Shown here piece by piece: positions 36,951 to 49,392 of a stretch of DNA of 64,000 nucleotides. The stretch spans positions 124,001-188,000 of the forward strand of contig ML996700.1 of NCBI GenBank assembly GCA_010356995.1, in the 5' to 3' direction. A program made the translations under genes and the position numbers. The stretch comes from Trichodelitschia bisporula. Lineage: Eukaryota. Positions within the stretch are counted from its first letter, which is position 1. Every line of letters begins with the position of its first letter. The notes beneath the pieces were generated by a model. It did no database searches. It was not told the origin of the DNA and saw nothing but the letters and a program-made list of their open reading frames with translations.

Positions 36951-38486
36951 ATGGAATGGGGGCCATAGCCGATATCCAATCGGGCCATTTTGCCTGGATG
37001 CATCGGACGAGATGATGTGGATCGTAACAAGGCGCACGGAGTGACATAACAATCTTTGAAGCTTTCTGCCCGTTTAGGGTTGCGTTGGTGAGGGCTCGCT
37101 ACCCCAAAGGGCGGTACAACACCGGCCGATGATCGATCTGTCACAGGGGCACAAAGCACGCCTCGGAAGCGCAACCGACGCGGCACCCCCACGGTCTACG
37201 GCCATCAATTCAGATTCCAGGCCACCTGCTATCAGCACTTTGTCGGAATCCACTGCCAAGCGGGCCGCCAACCCGTTCGTTGGGTGTGCGCCGTGTGCGC
37301 CGTGGGCAGCAGACGTCGCGGCAAATTGCAAGTCGCAGGCAATGCCGCGTGCAGAGCTATCGCAAAATGGCAGAATCCTCGAAGAGTAGCGCTGACGGTC
37401 GCATCAAGCCCGGACCCGAACAATTGGTGTCGCTCTACGTTGCATTGCGCTTGTCGGCGTGGATTTGGGGCTTGCGTGTCGTTGAAACGGCGGGATGCGG
37501 GAGATGGCCGTGATGGGCTTGTCTTCGACGAGTCGGAGGCGTGGTGATCGGATGCAGACCATGGCCTCACAGAACCATCCCAAGAAGAATCAAGGCAACT
37601 AGCTTGTGGCCGTTAGCATCTCCGGTCTGTCAATGACGCTCTTCTCCAGGTGAGCTCGCCGCATCCCGCCGTCGTCAGCGCCCTCCGTCATGAGGATCAC
37701 GCTCCGGGAGTCCTGTAGGTACACCGCGCACACCAAATACTCAACCACCAGCTAATTTCCCCACAGTATATTCGGCCTGATAAGTCAATCAAAGTGCGGG
37801 CGCTGCATCGCACGCCAGACGCATCTGTTAGCAGCACCAGCAATGTCCCAACACGTCCATCGCCCCCATCCCTCCCCGACCGCAATCTATCCCACACGCC
37901 GCCCACACACTCCGTCTAGATGAGGGCCATCTCGCACACCACGGGTCGCAACCGCCCGGTCGCCCAGCCCGCCACGGCTATCAAAATTGATGAAGCCCCC
38001 ATTTCGTCCATAGCCCTCCCCATTGTCTATCCTTTCTCACGCTCTCATCCGCCACAGAGGCATAGGCTCGGACCCTTCACCCCGAAAGCGTGCGCAATGC
38101 CCTCTCCCCAGTCCGTCGGCTCCGATTCAGCGAGTGCACCCGTGCCCGCCGATATTGATTGCCGTCGAAATTTTACGCAGAGTGTCTGCGAAGTGAAGTG
38201 AGAGCGAGGCATATTGCCCCTCCTCCAGACCACCCCACACAAGGCCACCACCCCCCCTCCCTCCCCGCTCGATATCACCTTCGGCCGGCTCTGCGCTATT
38301 GCTCATATGCGCGTGGGCTGTCTAATATGCCCAGCGCCTTTAACCTACTTCAAAGTGCTTGAAGCATCTCCCGCCCGGCCACCGCCCCTTGCCTTTCGCT
38401 TTTACTCTTTGCTTTCCTGCTGTAAAGCCACTGCTGTACCGCTGCCACTGCTTGTTTTTGATGAACCTACTACGCAGTATGAGAGA

Positions 38487-40054
38487 ATGCGCATTGTTTC
38501 TGTCCTCCTGTTGAGCGGCGTGTGTAGAGGCAGTGCCGCGCTTATACCTGCTCCAAGTAAGTGACAACCGTCTCCAGCCTCGTCTCCACTCTCCCCCTCT
38601 CATCATCATGCAACCCGCCGGCAATTCCACCACAGCAGCACCTCTAACGATGAAAAGGAGCCCATATCAACTACGACATCTCCCGCCGTCCAATCCGGAC
38701 CCACCCCGCCGCCCAACCGACAACAATGGCCATCTTCCCGCGCTCTCCTCTAGACCCGGCCCCACCCTCACCTCCACTCCCCTCCTCCGCTGCCACCTCC
38801 GCCTCGCCAGTACAAGTACCCTCCCCTGCCGACCCCAATAGCGACATCCCCCTTTCGCCAGACGCTGTGGGCGAGCCCTTCAACCAAGACGAGCTGTCCT
38901 ACCCCTTCGAAAGCTACACACCTTCGGAGCCCATCCCAGACCCCGCCAGTAATTGGCCCGAAGCCCAATTAGGGCCCGAATCGCAAGTCGGTAACGAACC
39001 GAACGACCTAAGCAACTACCAGTGGGAAGTCGTAACCGCGCTCCCCACGCTCCCTGCCCTCCCTCGCGCCACCAACACCGTTCCTAACGGAGCCAACGCC
39101 ATCGGGCCGGAGCGCCGGCCCAAAATGATACCCGCGGAGCCGGCTCCCGCTGCCGCCGTGGCCGCATCACCAACCCCCGACGCACGGAGCATGGAAATCG
39201 TGGGTCCGACAGCCGCACACCCGGACGACGCCTACATCACGGCTGTCCCTATGGCCATGGTACATAGCGAATATGGCTCTCAAACCGGCAGCCACATCAT
39301 GCAACCCGGAGACAGCCTGCTCGTCGCCACTGCCTCTCCCGCCGCGATGCCCATCTCTCTCGCCATGGGTGGCGCAAATCCCAACCCTCGACTCGCCACT
39401 AAGGCAGCTCCTACGCCGGTCATCCAAGGTGCTACTTTCGCTGCGGGTGGGAAGACGTATACCGCCTCTGTTGACAAGGACCTCAATATTTTGCTTGATA
39501 GCTCCACCCTCAAACCTGGAGGACCTGGAGCGACCCTCGGTTCTGGCGCCGCCATCGTCAGCGTTGTGCCCGGCGGCGCGCTTGTCGTCGATGGCGGTAC
39601 GCTGACTATGTCCGCTATTCGTCCCGTTCTCACGGGTGCGGTACTGACGCTACATGGTGCCGTGGTGACAGCGACGCAGCGCGGGTCTGGCGCTGGAGAG
39701 CTCGGTCAGGTGCTCGTTGTGGGCGCGGCGACGCTAAGCTCGGGAGGTCCAGCGGCGACGGTGTTCGGGGAACACGTGAGCTATGCGCGTGATGGGGTTC
39801 TGGTAGGAGGAAAGCATGGGACGCCAGGAACAGCGGTGCCGATTTCAACGATTACTGAGGAACTTGTGTATCAAAACGGCCCGGTGGCGAAGTACTCCGC
39901 CTCGATCACGAGTATGCGCGCAAGCGTGACGAGTAGCCTCGCTCGGAGTGGAGTAGCGCAAGTGGGCGGGGCGGGGCCGAGAATGGAGGGATTTCTGGGC
40001 ACGTGGATGCTTGGAATGGTGCTCCTGGGGTGGATATTCAGACTCTGGACGTGA
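38487..40054 (+). CDS. Secreted Pro/Ala/Thr-rich, probably GPI-anchored protein
   Basis: Signal peptide MRIVSVLLLSGVCRGSAA; intron 38557-38657 joins the long ORF in frame; repeated TL..GGP.AT..G segments; hydrophobic C-terminus. Confidence 0.7.
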
Positions 40055-41473
40055 GATTGAGGGATGTCGAAGAGCGGGCGTTTCTGGCGCGGGCTTGGCT
40101 AAGCCTGGGATGATTGCATTTCCAGCGGTCTTGGGCGCTAAATTCCCAAGAGGTGGTAGTGAGAGGGCCCGCTTGGGCGAAGGCTCAGGGCTGGGAGACG
40201 GCGCGACGCTGATGACTTGATCGGAAGTGAAGGCTCTGATGCGTCTAAGGGGGAAAGGGCGCTGGTCGCTTGGACGCTCCCCTGAGGGCTGTCCATAAAA
40301 GATCTATGATACCCATTATGAGATGGTGGTCCCTCTGGAACACGACAGATTCTCATCGAGGCCTGTATTGCTGGGGCGACGGTTAATAGTTAGCGCCTTG
40401 ACCAAATATGGGCATCACATCTTCAAGATTGGCGATATGCCAACTTATCAAACCAAGCAAGTTATAGAGTACGAGCTCTACTTTCAGCAGTAGATTTGTT
40501 GATGCCCCCAAACATCCGTTCGAGCACTTTGACGTGCATTTTTAGGGGAAGTGTGGAAGAGCCAGGTTGAAATGATCGTGTTCCTTGCTGTGAAGTCGCC
40601 TTAGCCAATTAGCAAGCAGCATCACGCCCGCCCTTGCGCGGCCGACGCGCCAAGGCTGACGCTTATCCAGACGACATACGACAAACCATCTCGCAGCGTT
40701 TGACAGATTCACCCTACGTTGTATAATGGAAGAGGACGCGTTAAAGTCCGCTTGTATGAGGAGATACTCGACTCAATGAGGGCTATGATGCCTTTTCAAA
40801 GTTGGCTCGTGAGCAACGACAGTCAGCGGAGATGTTGGGGCAATGATGCTTCATCCCATCATTGAACCGGTCGTGACGATGACGGTGTTTCCCTTTCCTT
40901 AAGTCAGCGCATAAGTCACTGCTAACTCTGCGATGATACTTTAGAGGAGGTTTTTTCTTTTAGCGATGCCTTTAAGCTTTTTGGAGCCATGGCACCGAAG
41001 CTAAGAAGAGTCGTGAGTTGCAAAGGATGTCGATCGTCGAACAAGCGGCCCGGGATATGATGGACACACGGAAGTGGACGGCATGAGACAGAAACAAAAT
41101 GCACGCAGTTGGTGAAGAAGTTGAGACGTGAGAAGCAAAAGAGAGGAGGAGGAGATGTGGGTAGAGAGGAAAAGAAGATGGCAGAAAAGGTTAGACGAGG
41201 TGAAGTGAAGTGAAGCATCAAACAATCGGCAGGACCCATCGCAACTTCCCCTTCAACCCCCCGTCACTGGCAGGCGCCTGGATCAACGCGACACCACAAC
41301 CATCCACCTTGGCACTTTGGTATAATCCTCTACTTGTTGACTACCCCGCTTTGCACCAACTCTTGACAATAGGAAGCTCTCCCCGCTCTCTGCTTCTCCC
41401 TCTCCGTTAACCACTCCTGCTCTCCCTTTTGTTCACCACCTCATTATTCCTTACTGCCCCTTACCTATTTACA

Positions 41474-43812
41474 ATGACGAGGCCTCCAGAACAAACCAAG
41501 TTCAATGCCCTGCGTGCAAAATGGGATCACAATCAACGCCGAGACAGCAATGCTCCCCCGCTAGCTTCAATGCATGCATTAGGCGATACAAAAAGTGAAG
41601 GCCATGGCGACACCGAGAGACATTCACCCCACGACAACCGGAAGAGGACACCAAGTCGACTGCACCGCTTTGGCTCCTTCTCTCTGTTTAGCGGTGCTCT
41701 CAACTCCCTCAAACCGAAGCTCCTCAGCCGCAGCCACAAACCCGAGAGCAAGCCATCGTCGACCTCGGCGTCGACAACAGCACAGAGCGACTCGAGCAAG
41801 ACCACTACGGCGAGTCTCAGGTCTTCACCGCAGTCGACTCCTTTAACCATGCCGTCTGCGCCTGCGCCTGCGCCTGCGGCCGCCTCGATCACGGTCTACT
41901 CTGCGAGAACTCCTTACGAATCTATGGGCCCGCCGCCCCCAAAGCTGCCACGGAACAATTCAACCAGCTTTCTTCCCGTCCCTGTCAAATCGGCGAGTAC
42001 AACGTCTCTAATCCCCCCGCCGAGCGTGAGAACTTTCCCGCAGTCTAAATCCACGAATCTCTTGCCGCGTTTGAAATCGTCGACTATAGCGCCTCCACCG
42101 CCCCCGGAAGAAGCGCGCCTGGTGCGCCCTTTGAGGGTCTCGCTTCCGCCTCAGAGTGGCGCTTCCCTCCAAGCATCTTTGAACCAGGCGCCGCGGCAGT
42201 CTTCGCGGCATCCTTCTCGACAGCCGTCCCTGCAACCGCAGCAGACTCCCCGGAAGCCATCCCAACGGTCTTTGCAGCCGTCCTTCAGACAGTCTTCCCA
42301 GCGGTTTGGCCAGCAGACTCCAAGACATCACTCTCAGCGGTTGGCTCAGCAGCCTCCCCGTGAGCCATCTCAGGGAGTTGGACAACAGCTTCCGAGACAG
42401 TCATCGCAACAATTTCCGCAGCAGCCTTTAGAGCCGCCCTCCCAACAGTTTCCCAGACAGCTGCCCCTGCAGCAGTCTCAGCAGCAGTTCAAGAGGACGT
42501 CTAAACCGCTACCCCAACAGCGGGCTCCGAATAGAAGTCGGATACCGACACCTGTAGGCACCGCGCGGGCCTATGCTTCTGCGCTCAAACAGGATGATCC
42601 GAATGCTCCGCCAATGCCCCGTCCCCTCCCAACTATTCCCCGATCCAAGACGGAACCGAATCTCATTAGCGCCACCTCTCGTAAGCCCCCGGTCCCGAAC
42701 CGCTCACACATTCCACCGGCTCTCCACTCGGAAAGTTCCCTCTTGGGGACAAAGTTGGAGGACGATGATGGTAGCATCAGCCCTAAGACTCTTAGCAAGC
42801 GGCTATCCGACTACACCTGCGCCGATGTTGTACAGAATAAGCGCCAGGAGATGGACTCGAGCCCGACTATGAGTTTGTCGGGGAATCAAAAAGGTAAATA
42901 TTTCATTGGTCAAGAGCATTTCGTTACCAAGAGGAGCCAACCGCCAGGTCACGTCTCTCCCAGAGCAAAGGCGCTGGAGTCAAGGGTCAAGCAACCTCCT
43001 ATAGCCGCAAGGCCTTCGCGTGGAGAACCGAGCGCAAGACACCAGCGCTTTTCTTCTTCTCATGATATCACTCATCACAAACTCCTGGCGCCTATTCAGC
43101 CTACAAGCCCTCCAGCCTCTGACTTACGGACATATATAGCTCCCCAGGATTTCGTGCCCCCCCGCCGGCACGAGTCGCTCCCACACATTAGCAGCGCGCA
43201 TGCGACCGAGGAGGACGAGCTCCCTCCTTTCCTACACTTTCTCGATGCCGATAGCAGTCCGCCAACGCGCGCCACCGACATTGATCGCTCTCCAGCGCTG
43301 CATGACACCGAACCTGAACTTGAACTCCCGCCGCCACCCCCCGTAAGTTGTGGTACCTCCATCATTCAACTATACTGATATCACAGATCGAAACCGAGCA
43401 GCCCACGGCCTACTGGGCCGGCCGCTTCACGTCCATGCGCGACAATATGCTCAACAGCACCTTCGACATGGAAAATCGCCCGCGCGATATAGGAGACCTG
43501 AACCGGCGCATTCCGGGCTTGACCAACTACGAGCAGGGCATCAAGGACGTGTTTGACCGGCTGGAGGGCCTGTGCATTACACCGCCCGCACACCGCAGCC
43601 TGTGTATGTTCCGAAATTCCTACGCGCGGAAGAATGGGATGCGCTTCCTCGAGCGCCCGCTTCCGCCTCTGCCGCGCAGTCCGGGTGATCGGCCGAGTCA
43701 GTCGTCTGAGGAGCAGCCGGTGCAGCGGGAGCGGCGGTTCTCACTGCTTGGGCGTATGGCGAGGAAGGGGCGGAAGGTGAGTGGGGACGAGCAGCGAGAG
43801 ATGCAGGCTTAG
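41474..43812 (+). CDS. Hypothetical low-complexity protein with small C-terminal domain
   Basis: Long S/P/Q-rich exon, intron 43343-43386 (GTAAGT..CTGAT..CAG), terminal exon QPTAYWAGRFTSMRD...VFDRLEGLCIT..A.RSL..F. Confidence 0.7.
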
Positions 43813-44000
43813 TAGATGTGTTGGGTGCTTGGTGTTCGGGCGTCCTTTCTCCGGCTGATTTGTGGCGTGAGGTTGGAGCATATGTGTACATCTGAACGGT
43901 TACCCTAGATATCGATACACCTGCACTGGAGTGGCGCGCATTAGGCATTGAAGTTGATGAGATCTGCAAAATCTGAGCGATTTGTTGCTATGTAATCTTC

Positions 44001-47000
44001 CTATTCCACTGCCACCCACTCCTCGTCCGAGTCGGCGAACATGTCTACAGCCCTCGGCCTCTGCCGTCTGCCTTCGCCGGGCTTGTTCATGAATGAGAAG
44101 CCACCTCCCATAGCTACCGGCCTAATATCTTTTGTTTCAACCGCTGGCGAGGCCCCTGTCGCAGGAGGAGCTTTCGTCTTATCGCCTGTAGGAACGCCTG
44201 CAGGAGTTCCAGCTTCCACGTCCATCGGTTCACCATCAACGTCGTCCAACGGCTCGCCGTCCACATCCTCGTTCATGGGCTCGCCATCGATGTCATCGGC
44301 AATCGGCTCGCCATCGACGTCTTCCCCAATCGGCACCCCGTCAACATCCTCAATTGCCTCGCCATCCACATCCTCCTCAACGGGAACCGTCTGCGCCTCC
44401 ACCGCCTTCCATTTACTCTTCGCCGCCCTGAGCGCCTCAAGCTCTTTTTCCTTGTGCTGTTGCCTAATCCTTTCCCGTAGCGTAGGCGGGGGATTGGTGA
44501 ACCCAGTGACAAACTGCTTGTGCACATCGCCGTCGAACACGCAAGACGTCTCCCAGAACTCGAGTAAGTTGAGCACTTGCGCCTTCCAGCGGTCGGCCTT
44601 CATCTTGCCCCACCCCATCTCCTTGGCTACTCGGCCGAGCCGCTCGAATACGCGGCGGGACTTGAGGCCCCTTTCGAAAAGCTGCCGGTAGCGCCAAGCG
44701 CGGGTTACGCCGGAGCTACTGCTTGCCGCGAGGAGGTCTGAGATGATGTACAGGCCTATGATTTTAGCGGCGACCATGTCTTCACGCTGCTTCTCCTCGA
44801 GGGTCTGCAGCGCCTTTCCCGAGCCGGCGTCCCACAGCCTGACCGTCCTGTCCCNNNNNNNNNNNNNNNNNNNNNNNNNNNNNNNNNNNNNNNNNNNNNN
44901 NNNNNNNNNNNNNNNNNNNNNNNNNNNNNNNNNNNNNNNNNNNNNNNNNNNNNNNNNNNNNNNNNNNNNNNNNNNNNNNNNNNNNNNNNNNNNNNNNNNN
45001 NNNNNNNNNNNNNNNNNNNNNNNNNNNNNNNNNNNNNNNNNNNNNNNNNNNNNNNNNNNNNNNNNNNNNNNNNNNNNNNNNNNNNNNNNNNNNNNNNNNN
45101 NNNNNNNNNNNNNNNNNNNNNNNNNNNNNNNNNNNNNNNNNNNNNNNNNNNNNNNNNNNNNNNNNNNNNNNNNNNNNNNNNNNNNNNNNNNNNNNNNNNN
45201 NNNNNNNNNNNNNNNNNNNNNNNNNNNNNNNNNNNNNNNNNNNNNNNNNNNNNNNNNNNNNNNNNNNNNNNNNNNNNNNNNNNNNNNNNNNNNNNNNNNN
45301 NNNNNNNNNNNNNNNNNNNNNNNNNNNNNNNNNNNNNNNNNNNNNNNNNNNNNNNNNNNNNNNNNNNNNNNNNNNNNNNNNNNNNNNNNNNNNNNNNNNN
45401 NNNNNNNNNNNNNNNNNNNNNNNNNNNNNNNNNNNNNNNNNNNNNNNNNNNNNNNNNNNNNNNNNNNNNNNNNNNNNNNNNNNNNNNNNNNNNNNNNNNN
45501 NNNNNNNNNNNNNNNNNNNNNNNNNNNNNNNNNNNNNNNNNNNNNNNNNNNNNNNNNNNNNNNNNNNNNNNNNNNNNNNNNNNNNNNNNNNNNNCGATGC
45601 CGACGCCAGCTGCTTGCCGTCCGGCGAGAAGGCCACGACCAAGACCGAGTGCGAATGGCCCTCGAGCGTATGCAGCAAGGCATCCCAGTTGCCCCTAACC
45701 TGCGGTAGTCCGGGCATCCACAAAGGCATCTGGCTTTGAAACCGCCTTTTTACAAGGCTTGCTGTCTGGTCATCTTCTTCCACTTGGTTGTCCTGATTTG
45801 AATCTGAGGCCCTCTTCCAGTATCTCTCTGGGTTCGCGCTGGTGAGACAAAATGGCTTCTCCAGGTTCGATATCAACATCTGGACAACCTCTTCTGCACC
45901 CCGTTCCGCATGTTCGATGGCAAAAACAGACACTCGCGCTACATCGCCTTTGCGCAATCGGCCTTTACTCTTTGGTAAGCGGCCAAGCAGAAACGTGAGC
46001 TCGGCCCGTTGCAACGGCGTCAGATACTGCGGCGCCTTCGAGTCTCTTTCAGTCCCTGGTCGCAGTTCATCATCCGAATCTTCATCCTCCGCTGAGTCAT
46101 AGTCTGTGTGGTCGATAATGTTTTCAAAGTCTGGTATGATCTCGAAAGTTAGCGGCTTTTCGGGTGTCTCCCAAAGCGTGGTATTTTCGAAAAGCTCCGT
46201 GATATTTTGGTTCGGTCTGGCTCGTCCAATGCTTGCAGCGCCCGTACGGATCTCCCACAAACGCCAGCGGTACCACACAGCTCCTGGACTGCGTGGGTTC
46301 CAAAACCACGCCCACTTTTCGTCAGTCTGAATATCCCGGCGCTTCTTAAGCAGACTTTCGAATTCGGGCCCGAATTTCAACACAGATTCCACGGTCTGAT
46401 TAATGAGTTTGAGTTGAGTGAGGTCCGCCGGGGGAGTGACCGCAACCCTTATAGTGCCACCTTGACGGTTGTACTGCCCACCACCGCTACCGTAGGAAGG
46501 AGGAGGGAAGCCACGTCCGTAGGGAGGCGGGGGCCGATTCAGAGGGCCACCTGGACCATTGTTTACCGTCCTTGCTCCAAATGGTAGTGACGACGAAGAG
46601 GACGAAAGAGCTGAAGCAGAAAGCCCTCCGAGTGCGGCTGACGAGAGATGTCGAGACAGTGAGAGGTAGTAGCCATAGCCTAGGTAGCGGTCTTGTAGTG
46701 CATTAACAGCAGCGTCAATCTCGCTTGCAGGGGTGTCTTTTGCTAGAGTCACGATGGCAGCGCTTGAGCGCCGCTCAGACGAACCCGGATTCGCAGGAGG
46801 CAGAAATCGTACTCCTTCAACAGTCAAGTTCGCTGGTATTAGGTTCCGGACAGTCGCCTGTGAAGTGCCCGGCGGTAACGATGTGAGATGCATTGTCGGC
46901 TTAGGTGCCGCGCGCTCGGCAGCATTATCCGATCCCATGTTTTCATCCTCGTCGTCCGAAACCTGAAAAACGGCCTTTGCGTCCAGAGGCGCAGCATCCT

Positions 47001-47400
47001 CGAATCCCAGGCCCGCACCCTTCTGGCTCCGAGGTGCGAACGACCCATCTATAGCCCTTTTTCTTGACAAAGAAGGCGGCGGTGGTTGCGCAGGCCCAGG
47101 GCCAGCGCGAGGACCGATGGGCGCAAATCCACGCTTCGGACCACCCGGCGGCGCAAAGTCCCCACCAGTCCTCATACCGGGCCTGTCAAATCCGCTGCCA
47201 TCTCCTCTACCGTCCGAGTATCCGCCCTCGCCTTCGAAGGACTTGACGAAGCTCTCGAGCGCGGCGGCGGTCTCGGCCTCTTCGCGCTGGCGTTTGGCTT
47301 CCGCCTCGGCTTTCTGTCGCTCGAAAAGGGATTTCTTCGTCGGTGCATTGAGTTTTGTCGAGATGTCCGGGAACTCCTTCACTTTGTGATCGTCCGGCAT
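44001..47400 (-). CDS. U2 snRNP-associated SURP/RRM/CID protein (SR140/U2SURP-like), interrupted by a WD40 module and an assembly gap
   Basis: KKSLFERQKAEAEAKR, RRM-like region, SURP (LINQTVESVLKFGPEFESLL..WYRWRLW), CID start (GDVARVSVFAIEHA..GAEEVV) and CID continuation (KIIGLYIISDLL..AWRYRQLFE..MGWGKMKADRWK..LLEFWE), DVDGEP repeats. Confidence 0.85.
44796..45765 (-). repeat. HET-E/HNWD-type NLR WD40 repeat module (mostly hidden in the gap)
   Basis: Left contig end encodes TASLVKRRF...NWDALLHTLEGHSHSVLVVAFSPDGKQLASAS; right end encodes DRTVRLWDAGSGKALQTLE. Together with one missing residue these form an exact 42-aa HET-E-like repeat. Confidence 0.85.
44855..45594. other. Assembly gap (740 N)
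   Basis: Run of N read directly. Confidence 1.
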
Positions 47401-47600
47401 GGTGATCGGTGGATGGTAGCTGGTTTCTGGTAGTAAGGTGTCGAGGGTTCGTCGGGGGAATGCTTGGCGTGGCGACAGAGCCCCTGCTGCTCTGGTCCAG
47501 CCCTACGGTACACGGACCAAATGATACACTTTGGTATGGAAAGTAGAGCTGGATGACGACGTCCTTTTCATCTACTGTACTACGGAGGTATTATTGTCAA

Positions 47601-48572
47601 CTACAGGTCCACCACCTGAACGGGGTTGCTAACTACTCCCGTATTATTGTACATCAATGCTGCATTCACGAAAAGTGTGGAACTCGTCTCTCCACCCCAG
47701 ACTCTATCCCATGCCACACCTATCGCGCCGTAGACCACCATCCTGGCCAGCGCCTTCCACGCTGAGGTATCCAGAATACCAAGGATGAGCCCCTTACGTT
47801 TTGAGGCCTGGATCGCTTCATATTCCTTCTGCGCTTCGTCCCACCAGGCACGCTCCCGTCCCGCACCAACATGAATATGCCCAAAGATATGCAGCTTAGG
47901 CTTCACTCTCCACACCTCTTTCAACAACCATTCGCAACCCAAGGGAATCTGAGCCATATCTCGATGGTACTTAGGGGGGCTGTGTGTGACGAGAATGCTG
48001 GTATCTGCAGGAATCGATTCGCTCCAAGCATCTTGACCGCGGGGGTACTGGAAAGCAAAGTCACTGCCACCGCAAAGTGGAATCTGTGGTGCGCCATATA
48101 CTTTGATGTATCGCGTACGGCCTTGGGATTTGAACGTCAATGTCGTACTGCTGTGCTGAAGGTACTGGATTCCGCGCCAATTCAGGGTTCCATTGCGATC
48201 AGCCTCGTCAAGCGTTTGCCTTGCCCTCGGGTCTAGCCATGTGTCGTGATTTCCAGCTATCGCAATCTTATATGGATGTGGTAGAGAATCCATCCAGTCT
48301 ATCTGCGCCTGCAATTCTGCGATTGTGCCCTTCTGGGTAAGATCTCCAGCATGGATCAGAACGTCGCCGGACGGGATGTCATCAGGTGTTGAACAATGGG
48401 TGTCGGAGATGCAGACAAGTCGCACAGGTGGGTTCTTTGCGCCAGGAGGGGACCGCAGAATATTTGAGAAGCGGTAAATGACTCTGGCCAGATATTTCAT
48501 AGGCGCCGCGAGGATGGATCCCAATCGAGACGGAGGGTCGAATAAGTCGGGTTGCTTGCGGCGGAACAGCAT
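47601..48572 (-). CDS. Calcineurin-like metallophosphoesterase (MPPED-like)
   Basis: CISDTH, IHAGDLT, IAGNHD, LVTHSPP, HIFGHIH motifs in an intronless ORF. Confidence 0.9.
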   Translation of the reverse strand: MLFRRKQPDLFDPPSRLGSILAAPMKYLARVIYRFSNILRSPPGAKNPPVRLVCISDTHCSTPDDIPSGDVLIHAGDLTQKGTIAELQAQIDWMDSLPHPYKIAIAGNHDTWLDPRARQTLDEADRNGTLNWRGIQYLQHSSTTLTFKSQGRTRYIKVYGAPQIPLCGGSDFAFQYPRGQDAWSESIPADTSILVTHSPPKYHRDMAQIPLGCEWLLKEVWRVKPKLHIFGHIHVGAGRERAWWDEAQKEYEAIQASKRKGLILGILDTSAWKALARMVVYGAIGVAWDRVWGGETSSTLFVNAALMYNNTGVVSNPVQVVDL

Positions 48573-48957
48573 CTTGGACCAGCAACCTCAGTATTCTCTT
48601 GGGTTCATCGTGGGAAATGACAACAACGAGAGTTAACAGACGATAGCAGACGGTAGTCAAAGTGGACGATGGCTTGATATCGCAATAGCGTGCGGAGGCG
48701 TGCTGCGGACCGAGGAGTTGCTGGAGCACCACATCTAAATGGCTATGTCATTGTAAGCCTCAGGCACACATGGCATACCTGCATTGAAATATGGTCACGA
48801 AGCACTTCAAAAAGTCAGCTCCACGCAACTATGCTGTACAAACGTATGTACTTCATCGATAGAATTAGGCATGAGCATCCCATTAAGATTATTACCCGCG
48901 ACACCACCGGAGTAGGAGCTGCCATATCCGCCGTCCTCCGGAACCACCATCCAACAA

Positions 48958-49392
48958 TCAGCGCGACGCAGCCACCTCAAGGGAGTCTTGCTTGTCAAAT
49001 ATCAACCTCAACCCTTGCTTGTTCAACACTCGGCTCGACTGTGGCGACGGCGGCGCACTCTGAAGGACTTTCAATCCCGTAGGCTTTGGACTTGTAGGAT
49101 TCGAGAGTTCCAATTTGCTCATTGCTTGGTCAAGCACATGCTGCTGACGCTGTTGAATGTCTTCTTGCTTCGAGTCTTTGTTTGTGGTGGATTGTGAAAT
49201 AATTTGCATGTGGCGCGTCTCGAGATCGCTCCGTGCCTGTGCTCTTCGTGCTGCATTCGAGAGGAATTTGGCAGTATGTTCGCGCATAAGTCTGAGGTTC
49301 ATCAGCATGGTAAATTTAGGACATTCGAGCTGCCACGTCAGGCAAGACGACAGCGGAGTCACTCACTCCTTGTAATCTTGGGTTTTATCCAT
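48958..49392 (-). CDS. Possible small coiled-coil hypothetical protein
   Basis: accATGG start, 26-nt exon, intron 49292-49366 (GTGAGT..CTGAT..CAG) in frame with the ORF ending 48958; no recognisable family. Confidence 0.35.

Noticed and set aside
40850..40990. Possible small minus-strand gene starting MAPKSLKASLKEK with a CTGAC..AG acceptor
   Set aside because: Weak donor (GTATCA) and only a very short product; cannot be supported.
44220..44385. DVDGEP acidic repeats
   Set aside because: Typical feature of SR140/U2SURP C-termini, not novel.
44796..45765. WD40 insert as a spliceosomal intron or transposon
   Set aside because: No GT at the left junction (a CAG|GTTAGG lies ~66 nt inside), no branch site before the right junction, and no TIR or TSD visible.
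44782..47400. 872-aa and 560-aa ORFs running through the N gap in different frames (apparent frameshift)
   Set aside because: The frame difference depends on the estimated gap length; it is not evidence of a pseudogene.
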